Shown: positions 9,104 through 16,842, numbered from the stretch's first letter. The stretch: DNA of 23,122 nt from Candidatus Methylomirabilia bacterium (GCA_041497895.1 JBGQHJ010000076.1:1-23122); one strand, 5' to 3'. Numbers and translations: made by a program. The notes: generated by a model not told the origin, from the letters alone.

Positions 9104-10339
9104 ATGAAGACACCGGACGGTGACGACCGGATCGGGCGACGCGAGTGGCTGCAGCGGGGCGCGCTGGCCGGCCTCGGGCTGAGCGCACTGCCGCTGCGGG
9201 CCTGGGCCCAGCCGGGTGGCCAGGTCCGGGTGCGCCGCTACGCGCCGCTCGGCCGCACCGGCCTGCGGGTGTCGGACGTCTCGTTCGGAGGGAGCCGGCT
9301 CGGCGCGCAGGAAGAGGACGCCGTCCGCCACGCCTTCGACCGCGGCATCAACTACTTCGACACCGCCGACAGCTACCGCGGCGGGGAGTCGGAGACGACG
9401 ATCGGCCGGGCGCTGCGCGGCAAGCGCGACCGCGTCCACATCGCGTCGAAGACCTACGCGAGCCCGACCGACGGCCGCGACTCGCTGATGCGCTCGCTCG
9501 AGCAGAGCCTCCGGCGCCTCGGCACCGACTACGTCGACGTCTACTTCAATCACGCGGTCAACGACGTCGAGCGGCTCCAGAACCCCGAGTGGCGCGAGTT
9601 CACCGCGCGCGCCCGGCAGCAGGGCAAGATCCGGTTCGTGGGCATGTCCGGCCACGCGGGACGCCTGATCGCCTGCCTGGACCACGCGCTCGACACCGAC
9701 GCGGTCGACGTGATCCTGGCGGCCCACAACTTCGGCCAGGATCCGGCGTTCTACCAGCAGTTCACGCGCTCGTTCGACTTCATCGCGCGGCAGCCCGATC
9801 TGCCGCGGGTGCTGCAGAAGGCGAAGGCCAAGGGGGTCGGCGTCATCGCCATGAAGGTCCTGATGGGGGCGCGCCTGAACGACATGCGCCCCTTCGAGCG
9901 GGGCGGCGCCACCTTCGCCCAGGCCGCCCTGCGCTGGGTGCTCTCGAGCAAGAACGTGGACGCGCTCATCATCTCGATGACGGGCCGCGACGGGATCGAC
10001 GAGTACCTCGGCGCCTCGGGCTGGCAATCGATCGCGAGCGAGGACCTGCCGCTCCTGCGCCGCTACGCGCGGATGCACGGCGCGTCGCAGTGCCGTCACG
10101 GCTGCCAGGACTGCCTGAGCGCGTGCCCCTACGGGGTGCCGATCGGCGAGGTGCTGCGGACCCGGATGTACGCGGTGGACTACGGCGACGCGCGGCTCGC
10201 CCGCGACGAGTACGCGCGGCTGGCGGGCGGCGCCGCGCCCTGCCTGTCCTGCGCGGCCAGGCCGTGCCAGGGCGCCTGCTCTCACGGGCTGCCCATCGAG
10301 CGCCTCCTGGCTCCCACCCACCGTCTGCTGACCGCCTGA
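9104..10339 (+). CDS. Aldo/keto reductase with twin-arginine-like leader and C-terminal Fe-S domain
   Basis: Leader 'GRREWLQRG...AWA'. AKR motifs 'LGRTGLRVS', 'FDTADSY', 'ASK' and 'SLRRLGTDYVDVYFNH'. C-terminal CRHGCQDCLSACP and CLSC...CQGAC clusters. Confidence 0.9.
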   Translation: MKTPDGDDRIGRREWLQRGALAGLGLSALPLRAWAQPGGQVRVRRYAPLGRTGLRVSDVSFGGSRLGAQEEDAVRHAFDRGINYFDTADSYRGGESETTIGRALRGKRDRVHIASKTYASPTDGRDSLMRSLEQSLRRLGTDYVDVYFNHAVNDVERLQNPEWREFTARARQQGKIRFVGMSGHAGRLIACLDHALDTDAVDVILAAHNFGQDPAFYQQFTRSFDFIARQPDLPRVLQKAKAKGVGVIAMKVLMGARLNDMRPFERGGATFAQAALRWVLSSKNVDALIISMTGRDGIDEYLGASGWQSIASEDLPLLRRYARMHGASQCRHGCQDCLSACPYGVPIGEVLRTRMYAVDYGDARLARDEYARLAGGAAPCLSCAARPCQGACSHGLPIERLLAPTHRLLTA

Positions 10340-10358
10340 CCCGCGGGGAGGCTCGCGC

Positions 10359-10868
10359 ATGAAACGATTCTTCGTGATCGGCGTCGCGGTCGTGGTGGTC
10401 TGCGCCGTCGTGGCGCTTCTGGTGCTGCGCGTCGTCGGCCTCGATCCGCACGAGCGCCGCCCCGGCCTCTGGCTCGCCGGCGAGCGCGCCACCACCCCCG
10501 TGATCGACTGGTCCTTCACCGATCAGTACCCGACCATCTACCTCCAGACGCGGACCCGGTACCTGCTGCCCCACTCGGTGACGATCACGTGCGTCGCCCA
10601 CGGCGGCCAGCTCTACCTCACGTCCGTCTTCCGCGAAGGCTCTCCGTTCCCGAAGGGCAAGCTGTGGACCGCCGACGTCATGCGCGATCCCCACGTGCGC
10701 CTGAAGATCGGGGGCCGGATCTACGACCGGACCGTGGCGCTCGTGACCGACCCGGTCGAGCGGGCGGCGGTGCTGGAGAGCAAGAGCAAGAAATACCCGG
10801 GCCAGCGGGTCCCGACCACGAGCAGCGTGTATCTCTTCCGCGTCCTGCCCGGCTCGCCGGCCGCTTGA
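10359..10868 (+). CDS. Hypothetical membrane-anchored protein, split-barrel (DUF2255-like) fold
   Basis: SD GGAGG and an N-terminal hydrophobic helix. 'LPHSVTI', 'W...VMRDPHVRLKIGGRIY' and 'KKY' resemble PNPOx/DDN-like barrels. Confidence 0.65.
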   Translation: MKRFFVIGVAVVVVCAVVALLVLRVVGLDPHERRPGLWLAGERATTPVIDWSFTDQYPTIYLQTRTRYLLPHSVTITCVAHGGQLYLTSVFREGSPFPKGKLWTADVMRDPHVRLKIGGRIYDRTVALVTDPVERAAVLESKSKKYPGQRVPTTSSVYLFRVLPGSPAA

Positions 10869-11776
10869 CCGTCGTCATCACCGGCGCCAACAGCGCGGCC
10901 GGGCGGGCCATCCTCCGTCGCGCGGCGCGGGAGACCCCGCCGCGAGGGATCGTGGCCGCGGTCCGCTCCGACGGGGCGGAGCGGGCGCTCGGCCCGCTCC
11001 CCGGTTCGGGGAGCCGCGTCGCGCGCGTCTCCTACGCCGACCCCGCGACCCTCGAGGCCGCCTTCCGGGGAGCCGCCGCGGTGATCCACCTCGCCGGGAT
11101 CCTCGTCGAGCGACCGGGCTCCACGTACGAGGAGGCGAACGTCGAGACCGCGCGCGGCGTGGTCGCGGCGGCGAGGCGGAGCGGCGTGCCCCGCCTGGTC
11201 CTCGCGAGCGCGGTCGGCGCCGACCCGGCCGCGACGAACCGCTACTGGCGGAGCAAGGGAGTGGCCGAGGGCACCGTCCGCGCCTCGGGACTCGCCTACG
11301 CCATCTTGCGGCTGCCCCTGCTCCTCGGGCGCGGAACCGAGGGGGCGGCCGCGCTCCGCCGTCACCTGAGCCACGCCGTCGCGGTGATGCCGGGGGGCGG
11401 CCGCGCGCTCCAGCAGCCGCTCGACGTCGAGGACCTCGCGCGGGCGGCGCTGGCGGCCACCGATCCCGCCCTCGGTCCCGGCTGCATCCTCGACCTCGTC
11501 GGCCCGGTCTCGCTCTCGCAGCGTGAGCTGCTGGGCCGGGCGGCGCAGCTCGCGGCCCGACGCGTGCGCGTCTGGCCGGTTCCCACGCGCCTCGTCCACG
11601 TGGCGCTCGCGCTCCGCCGGCGCCTCGCCGGCCCCGGTTTCTCCCCCGACGCTCTCGAGGTGATCACCACCGACACGAGCCTCGATCCGGCGCCGGCCGC
11701 CACCGCGCTCGGGCTCCGCCTGACCTCGCTCGACGAGATGATTCGGCACGGCCTCGAGCCGGAGCCGCCCGCGTGA
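10865..11776 (+). CDS. NAD(P)-dependent epimerase/dehydratase (atypical SDR, NDUFA9-like)
   Basis: TTG start overlapping the upstream stop (TTGA). Motifs 'VVITGANSAAG', 'VIHLAGIL', 'YWRSK' and 'QPLDVEDLA'. Confidence 0.85.
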   Translation: MTVVITGANSAAGRAILRRAARETPPRGIVAAVRSDGAERALGPLPGSGSRVARVSYADPATLEAAFRGAAAVIHLAGILVERPGSTYEEANVETARGVVAAARRSGVPRLVLASAVGADPAATNRYWRSKGVAEGTVRASGLAYAILRLPLLLGRGTEGAAALRRHLSHAVAVMPGGGRALQQPLDVEDLARAALAATDPALGPGCILDLVGPVSLSQRELLGRAAQLAARRVRVWPVPTRLVHVALALRRRLAGPGFSPDALEVITTDTSLDPAPAATALGLRLTSLDEMIRHGLEPEPPA

Positions 11777-12738
11777 GCGCCCCCGCTTCCGCTCCGAGGC
11801 GTCGGCCGCCGCTCTGGCAGCGGCTCCTGCCCTGGCTCGTCACCGCCGCCTGCTTCGCCTATCTCTACGTGCGGCTCGATCGGGCCGCGGCGGCCGACGG
11901 TCGCCGACTCCTTCCCTACCTCGCCGCGGTCTTCGGAGAGGTGAGCTGGCTCAGGTGGCTCGCGCTGATGCTGCCCTATTGCCTGGTCTTCCTGCTCGTC
12001 GACAGCCTCGTCGTCTGGCGGGTGATCTCCTGGTTCAACGCGCGGCTCCGCTACCGGGACGTGCTGCCGATCCGCGCCAGCGCCTACATCCTCTCCATCG
12101 TCAACGAGCAGGTGAGCAAGGGCGCGATCGCGCTCTACGTGAGCCGTCGCGAGGGCATTCCCGCCTGGGAAGTCGGCTCGAGCATGCTCTTCATCATGTT
12201 CTGCGAGTACTACTACCTGCTCGGCTGGGCGACGGTCGGCGTCCTGCTCCAGTGGGAGCGCTTCCCGGCGGTCTTTCACGCCATCCCCTGGGTCGCGGCG
12301 GCGTCGGTGGCGTTCTTCGTCCTCTTCCACCTGTTCTTCACCGGCCGGCTCGCGGTCGGCCGCGCGCTGCGCGAGCGGCCGCTCTTCCGCGCGTTCCGGC
12401 AGGCCACCGTCTGGCACTACGCGGGCGTGATCGCGCTGCGCTCGCCCGCGATGCTGGCCGCCGTCGTCGTGTACACCCTCGCCCTGGGGCTCTTCGGCGT
12501 CCCGACGAGCATGCGGCAGATGCTCGGCTACCTCCCGGTCATCTTCTTCGGGGCGGCCACTCCCGGCCCCATGCACTCGGTGGCCATCGTCCTCTGGGTC
12601 CTCCTCTTCCCCGACCGCCCGGGCGAGATGACCGCGTTCGGATTCGTCCAGCACAACTTCTTCGTGCTGTTCAACGCGGCGGTCGGGCTCGTGTTTCTCC
12701 GTCGGGCGACGCGGGCGCTCTTCGCCGGCCCGCGGTGA
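11773..12738 (+). CDS. Multi-pass membrane protein, lysylphosphatidylglycerol-synthase TM/flippase-like
   Basis: GTGA overlap with the upstream gene and several hydrophobic helices. The layout 'WQRLLPWLVT..YLY', 'YRDVLPIRASAYILSIVN..GAIALY' resembles UPF0104-type proteins. Confidence 0.65.
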   Translation: MSAPASAPRRRPPLWQRLLPWLVTAACFAYLYVRLDRAAAADGRRLLPYLAAVFGEVSWLRWLALMLPYCLVFLLVDSLVVWRVISWFNARLRYRDVLPIRASAYILSIVNEQVSKGAIALYVSRREGIPAWEVGSSMLFIMFCEYYYLLGWATVGVLLQWERFPAVFHAIPWVAAASVAFFVLFHLFFTGRLAVGRALRERPLFRAFRQATVWHYAGVIALRSPAMLAAVVVYTLALGLFGVPTSMRQMLGYLPVIFFGAATPGPMHSVAIVLWVLLFPDRPGEMTAFGFVQHNFFVLFNAAVGLVFLRRATRALFAGPR

Positions 12739-13243
12739 CCGCGAGGATCAGCCGCTCGCCCATCGAGAGCAGCGTGCTCGCGACGAGCAGCCACACGAGG
12801 GCGGTGAGGAGCGGCCGGAGGACGTGGCCGCCCAGGCGGACCGTGATGTCGCCGCCCAGGGGCACGAAGTAGAGGATGCCGTTGTAGCGTCCGAGGCGGC
12901 TCGGGCGGAGCTCGCGGGCGCGGGCGACGACGTACGAGTCGATCGCGTACTGGGCGAAGGCGGCGGCGACGAGGACGGGCAGGATCCAGGGAACCGCCCC
13001 CCGGGTGGCGGCCGCGACGAGCCCGGTCGTGACGAAGAGCACGTCCACGGTGTGATCGAGGAGGCGCCCGGCCGCGGACGCGGTGCCGAGCCGGCGGGCG
13101 AGCGCCCCGTCGGCCAGATCGCTGGCGATCGCCGCGGCCAGGATCACCGCGGCCCACGCCGCGTGCCGCGCATCGGGAGCGGCCATGCACGCCGCGAACG
13201 GCAGGGCCAGCAGGAGCCGGGCCACCGTGAGCGCATTGGCCAT
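12671..13243 (-). CDS. CDP-alcohol phosphatidyltransferase family protein
   Basis: 'ANALTVARL' start and the signature DxxDGxxAR...GxxxDxxxD ('DLADGALARRLGTASAAGRLLDHTVD'). Confidence 0.9.
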   Translation of the reverse strand: MANALTVARLLLALPFAACMAAPDARHAAWAAVILAAAIASDLADGALARRLGTASAAGRLLDHTVDVLFVTTGLVAAATRGAVPWILPVLVAAAFAQYAIDSYVVARARELRPSRLGRYNGILYFVPLGGDITVRLGGHVLRPLLTALVWLLVASTLLSMGERLILAVTAGRRRAPASPDGETRARPPR

Positions 13244-13265
13244 CGATCGGTAGGCCGGTGGGCGC

Positions 13266-13730
13266 CTACTTCGCCGCCGCCTCCCGCATCTTGGCCAGCG
13301 CGGTGCCGTAGACGTGATCGGGCCGCAGCACCATCGCGACGCGCTTGTCGGCCGCGGTGATGCGGTCGTATTCCTCCCAGTCCCGGCTGCGCCGGCGCGT
13401 GGTGGCGCTGAATATGTGCCGTCGGGCCAGCCGGAGCGCTTCCGGGTCGGTGTTGCCGGAGTGGGTGAGCTCGGCCCGGCCCTCGAAGACCAGGAAGCCC
13501 GACCACCAGTCGGCGTGGGAGATCAGCACCGAGCAGCGCGGGTCGCGGAGCAGGTTCTTGAACTTCATCCGCGTCTCGGTGATCGAGATGCCCACGCCGC
13601 CGTCGCGCGGGTAGACGGTGACGATGCTGAGCTGGGGCATGCCGTTCCGCCGGAACGAGGTCAGCACCCCCTGCGGGTTGTCGTGGATGAACTGCTCGAT
13701 CTGGGGCAGCAGCGGGTCGTGCTTCGGCAT
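13266..13730 (-). CDS. PPOX class F420-dependent oxidoreductase
   Basis: SD GAGGAGG upstream. Motifs 'GVLTSFRRNGMPQLSIV', 'ITETRMKFKNLLRDPRCSVL' and 'DWEEYDR...DKRV'. Confidence 0.88.
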   Translation of the reverse strand: MPKHDPLLPQIEQFIHDNPQGVLTSFRRNGMPQLSIVTVYPRDGGVGISITETRMKFKNLLRDPRCSVLISHADWWSGFLVFEGRAELTHSGNTDPEALRLARRHIFSATTRRRSRDWEEYDRITAADKRVAMVLRPDHVYGTALAKMREAAAK

Positions 13731-13759
13731 CGGTGGCCTCCTCGGGGAGATGGTGGGGC

Positions 13760-13789
13760 ATTGTCGTTCGTTTGACCTCCCGCGGTCAA
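13760..13789 (-). promoter_or_regulatory. Putative sigma70 promoter of the PPOX gene, overlapping a TTGACC-N6-GGTCAA palindrome
   Basis: The minus strand has TTGACC (13789-13784)-N18-GACAAT (13765-13760). The inverted repeat spans 13772-13789. Confidence 0.45.
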
Positions 13790-13805
13790 CGAGGAGATGG
13801 CGGTC

Positions 13806-13817
13806 GTGCTAGGATCG
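13806..13817 (+). promoter_or_regulatory. Putative extended -10 promoter (TGcTAGGAT) facing the gene cassette
   Basis: GTGCTAGGATCG. The identical 12-mer occurs upstream of the TPR gene (minus strand, 20966-20977). Confidence 0.45.
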
Positions 13818-13886
13818 GCCCATGGCTCGAGCGACCATGATATACAGACCAGCGTTATCGAATAACGCAGTTCAGGATCGATAGCG

Positions 13887-14618
13887 TTAGACCGTCACCC
13901 ACGTACGGCGAAGATGAGCAATCCCTGGCTTGATATTCCGGAAGCCGACTACGTTGGTCACATGGGTAGTCCGGCCGTGGGTCAGCGACCGGTACTCGGT
14001 CGGTTGCTGGGTGAAGCTCTTGAGACTGTTCGACCCCATGTGGTGCTCGTTCTCGGCTGTTCAACGGGCAACGGGCTGGAACATGTCAACCCGGCCGTCA
14101 CGTCACGCGTCGTCGTCGTCGATGTCAATCCGAAGTATCTGCTTCGTCTTCGCGAACGCTTTCCGAATCCGGCCTTCGAACTTGACGTCAGGCCTGGTGA
14201 TGTGACCGACATCGAGCTGGGGCGAGAGGCGTACGATCTGGTCCACGCGGGACTGATATTCGAGTACGTAGCCTGGCCCGTGCTGCTGCCTCGTGTCGCC
14301 GTGGCACTACGGCCCGGCGGTGTGCTCAGCGTCATCCTTCAGGCGCCGTCCGCTTCGAGCCCGCCGGTGACACCGACCGTGTTCACCAGCTTGCGAACGT
14401 TGGAGTCGCTGTTTCACTTCGTGGAACCGACGGCACTGGTTGACGCGGCGCGTGGCGAGGGACTCAACCTGAACGCCAGGCATACTGAGGCACTGCCTGG
14501 AGGGAAATCGTTCGAGGTTCTACGTTTCATGAAGCATGCGGTCTAACATTCAAATGGAGCCGACGCGCCAGACGGTGCGTGCGGTCATGTGGCCGCGGCG
14601 CGCGGCTCATTTGAAGCG
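13887..14618 (+). mobile_element. Integron gene cassette (single ORF plus attC), no integrase in the window
   Basis: Left core G/TTAGAC at 13886-13892 is the exact complement of GTCTAAC at 14541-14547. The right core is G/TTAGGC at 14618-14624. The segment is visibly lower in GC, with many A/T-ending codons. Confidence 0.88.
13914..14546 (+). CDS. Class I SAM-dependent methyltransferase (cassette ORF)
   Basis: Motif I-like 'VLVLGCSTGNG', 'VVDVNPKYL', 'YDLVHAGLIFEY' and 'LRPGGVL'. The TAA stop lies inside the attC R'' box. Confidence 0.88.
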   Translation: MSNPWLDIPEADYVGHMGSPAVGQRPVLGRLLGEALETVRPHVVLVLGCSTGNGLEHVNPAVTSRVVVVDVNPKYLLRLRERFPNPAFELDVRPGDVTDIELGREAYDLVHAGLIFEYVAWPVLLPRVAVALRPGGVLSVILQAPSASSPPVTPTVFTSLRTLESLFHFVEPTALVDAARGEGLNLNARHTEALPGGKSFEVLRFMKHAV

Positions 14619-14624
14619 TTAGGC
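14541..14624 (+). mobile_element. attC recombination site (84 bp)
   Basis: RYYYAAC (GTCTAAC) ... GTTRRRY (GTTAGGC). Left arm TTCAAATG[G]AGCCG[A]CGCGCC pairs with right arm GGCGCGCGGCTCATTTGAA, leaving two extrahelical bases. The terminal region contains the GCGGTCA-TG-TGGCCGC hairpin. Confidence 0.92.
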
Positions 14625-15301
14625 GGTGAAGTAGTGACCGAGAACCCCATCAGGTGCTTCACCACGCTGTCGAAGAGTCGGCCGCGGTCGGTGTAGGCGC
14701 CCGGCGTGCCCACCGCGTCGAGCCAGGGGCCGTTCACCAGCGCGCTGAACGCCGGGCGGTTCGGCGCGTCGAGGAGCCGCACCCCGGACAGGTACTCGGC
14801 GGCCGCGGTGTAGGCGTACAGCCAGTCGACCAGGCCGACGCCGTCGACGATCCCGCACTCGATGAGCCCGCCTTGGTAGACCTCGGGGTGGTGCTCGAGC
14901 GAGGCGATGGTCACGTGGCCGCCCATCGACTGCCCGTGGAGGATGGTCCATCGAGGCGTGCCGAACCGCGCGATGAAGCGCGCCCGCAGCGCCATCGTGT
15001 CGGCCAGGAACCAGTCCGGCCGGTAGCCCCGGCTCCGGTACCCCGACGCGGCCCAGGCATAGCCGCGCGCGGCCAGATGACTCGCGAGGGGCGAGCCACG
15101 CACGCTCCCGCGGCCGTCGCCCTCGCCCTCGTAGCCGTGGGCGAACAGGACGAGCCCGCCGTTCCACTTGTCGGGCATGCCGATCAGGAAGTCGGCGCCC
15201 TCGTGCGTGCCCTCGAGAAGGGGCGCGGCTGGGGCGGACGCGGTCGCGATCGCCCACACCGCGAGCGCGAGAGCCGCGAGAGCCCGGCGCACCCTCGGCA
15301 T
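14585..15301 (-). pseudogene. Secreted alpha/beta-hydrolase-like gene, apparently 3'-truncated at the cassette junction
   Basis: Signal peptide, 'WNGGLVLFAHGY' and nucleophile motif GQSMGG. After '...SVVKHLMG' the codon usage shifts (act act tca cct gct tca aat), and the frame runs into the attC and stops there. Confidence 0.65.
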
Positions 15302-16086
15302 CAGGCCGCGGTCACGCCCCCGTCGACCGGCAGCGCCGCCCCGGTGATGAACGACGCCTCGTCGGACAGGAGGAAGAGCGCGGCGTTGGCGATCTCCTCG
15401 GGCCGGCCGGTGCGACCGAGCGGCACCGACCCGGCGGCGCGCCGTCGCACCAGGTCCTCCGGGTCCATGCCGGCGGTCGACTTCTGGTCCGGCCGCGCCA
15501 CGAAGACGCGCAGCATCGGCGTGTCGATGGGGCCGGGGCACACCGCGTTGACCCGGATCTTCTCGGGGGCCAGCCGCACCGCCAGGCTCTTCACGAAGCC
15601 GACCACCCCGAACTTGCACATCGAGTAGACCGGGCTGTACGAGGAGCCCTGGAGCCCGGAGGTGGACGCGGTGAAGAGCAGGCTGCCGCCCCCGCGGGCG
15701 CGCATCTCCGGGATCGCAGCCTCGGTGGTGAGCAGCACGGTGCGGAGATTGAGATCGATGGCGAGGTCGAAGGCCACCATGTCGATGCCCTCGACCGCGG
15801 CGGGCCCGGGGTGCCCGACGTGGTTCCACACGAAGTCGAGGCCCTTGAACCGGCTCACCGTGTCCCACACGATCCGGCGCGAGTCCTCGTCCTTGGTGAG
15901 ATCGGCCACGATGCCGTACGCGGTGCCGCCCGCGTCGGCGATCTCGCTCACCACGCGCGCGACGCCGGCCGCGTCCACGTCCACCACCGCGACCTGGGCG
16001 CCCTCGGCGGCGAAGCGGCGGGCGCCGGCGCGCCCCATGCCGGAGGCGGCGGCGGTCACGATCCCGATCTTGCCGGCGAGTCGCAT
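15301..16086 (-). CDS. SDR family oxidoreductase
   Basis: 'RLAGKIGIVTAAASGMG', 'YSMCK', 'IRVNAVCPGPIDTPML' and 'PLGRTGRPEEIA'. SD GGAGG upstream. Confidence 0.92.
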   Translation of the reverse strand: MRLAGKIGIVTAAASGMGRAGARRFAAEGAQVAVVDVDAAGVARVVSEIADAGGTAYGIVADLTKDEDSRRIVWDTVSRFKGLDFVWNHVGHPGPAAVEGIDMVAFDLAIDLNLRTVLLTTEAAIPEMRARGGGSLLFTASTSGLQGSSYSPVYSMCKFGVVGFVKSLAVRLAPEKIRVNAVCPGPIDTPMLRVFVARPDQKSTAGMDPEDLVRRRAAGSVPLGRTGRPEEIANAALFLLSDEASFITGAALPVDGGVTAA

Positions 16087-16104
16087 CGCGAGTCCTCCCG
16101 GGGG

Positions 16105-16842
16105 CTACCGCGCGGGCGGCGCCACCGAGACGCCCTTCGCGCCGGTCCGCTCGATGGCGCGGGCCACGAGGCCGGACTTCTTGACGTCCTCGACGACGTC
16201 GCGCAGGTAGCGCAGGCCGGCGTCCTTGCCCCTCGGCACCGCGATGGACTGCTGCACGCCCATGAACCGCCCCTCGACCAGGCGCGATCCGGGTAGCTTC
16301 GGCGCGAGGCCGAGCAGGCCCTGGGTCAGGCCGGCGAGGGCCTCGACCTTGCCGCTCGCGAGCAGCTCGAACGCCGCGTCGCCGCCCGGGGTCGAGACGA
16401 GGCGCGCGTGCTTCAGGTTGCGGCTCAGGTAGAGCTCGTAGTTCGCGCGGGTCGGCGCGGCCACGCGCACCCCCTCGCGATCGACGTCGGCGGCCGTCCG
16501 CAGCGGGGACGCGCCGGGCACCAGATAGGTCGCCTCGATCTCGAGATACGCGGCGGTGAAGCTCATGAGCTTCTCGCGGGCCGGGTCGGAGCCGAGGAAC
16601 GCGATGTCCCACACCCCGCTCGGCGCCGCGTCGCCCATGACCGCCACGCTGTCGTACGCGACGATCTCGACCGGGGCGCCGAGCCGGGTGCCGATCTCGC
16701 GCGTCAGGTCGACGGCCACGCCCCGGGACTCGCCGGTCGCCTTGTCCTTGGTGGCGAGGATGAAGTTGCCGTAGTTGATGGCGGCCCGGAGCGTACCGGT
16801 CGGAGCGAGGTCGGCGCGGACCGCGGGGGTGACGTCGGCCAT
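16105..16842 (-). CDS. Family 3 (amino-acid type) solute-binding-domain protein
   Basis: 'LAPTGTLRAAINYGN', 'GVAVDL', 'WDIAFL..DPAR...FTAAYLEIEATYLV' and 'ADVDREGVRVA'. Confidence 0.85.
   Translation of the reverse strand: MADVTPAVRADLAPTGTLRAAINYGNFILATKDKATGESRGVAVDLTREIGTRLGAPVEIVAYDSVAVMGDAAPSGVWDIAFLGSDPAREKLMSFTAAYLEIEATYLVPGASPLRTAADVDREGVRVAAPTRANYELYLSRNLKHARLVSTPGGDAAFELLASGKVEALAGLTQGLLGLAPKLPGSRLVEGRFMGVQQSIAVPRGKDAGLRYLRDVVEDVKKSGLVARAIERTGAKGVSVAPPAR

Noticed and set aside
13797..13865. 22-codon ORF directly after GAGGAG
   Set aside because: There is no spacing between the SD-like motif and the ATG, and the ATG lies upstream of the candidate promoter. It is probably chance.
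13740..13886. Possible intI remnant, or continuation of the truncated hydrolase, on the minus strand left of the cassette
   Set aside because: Minus-strand ATGs at 13838 and 13823 reach TAG within a few codons. Joining the frame across the excised cassette gives no hydrolase-like or recombinase-like sequence.
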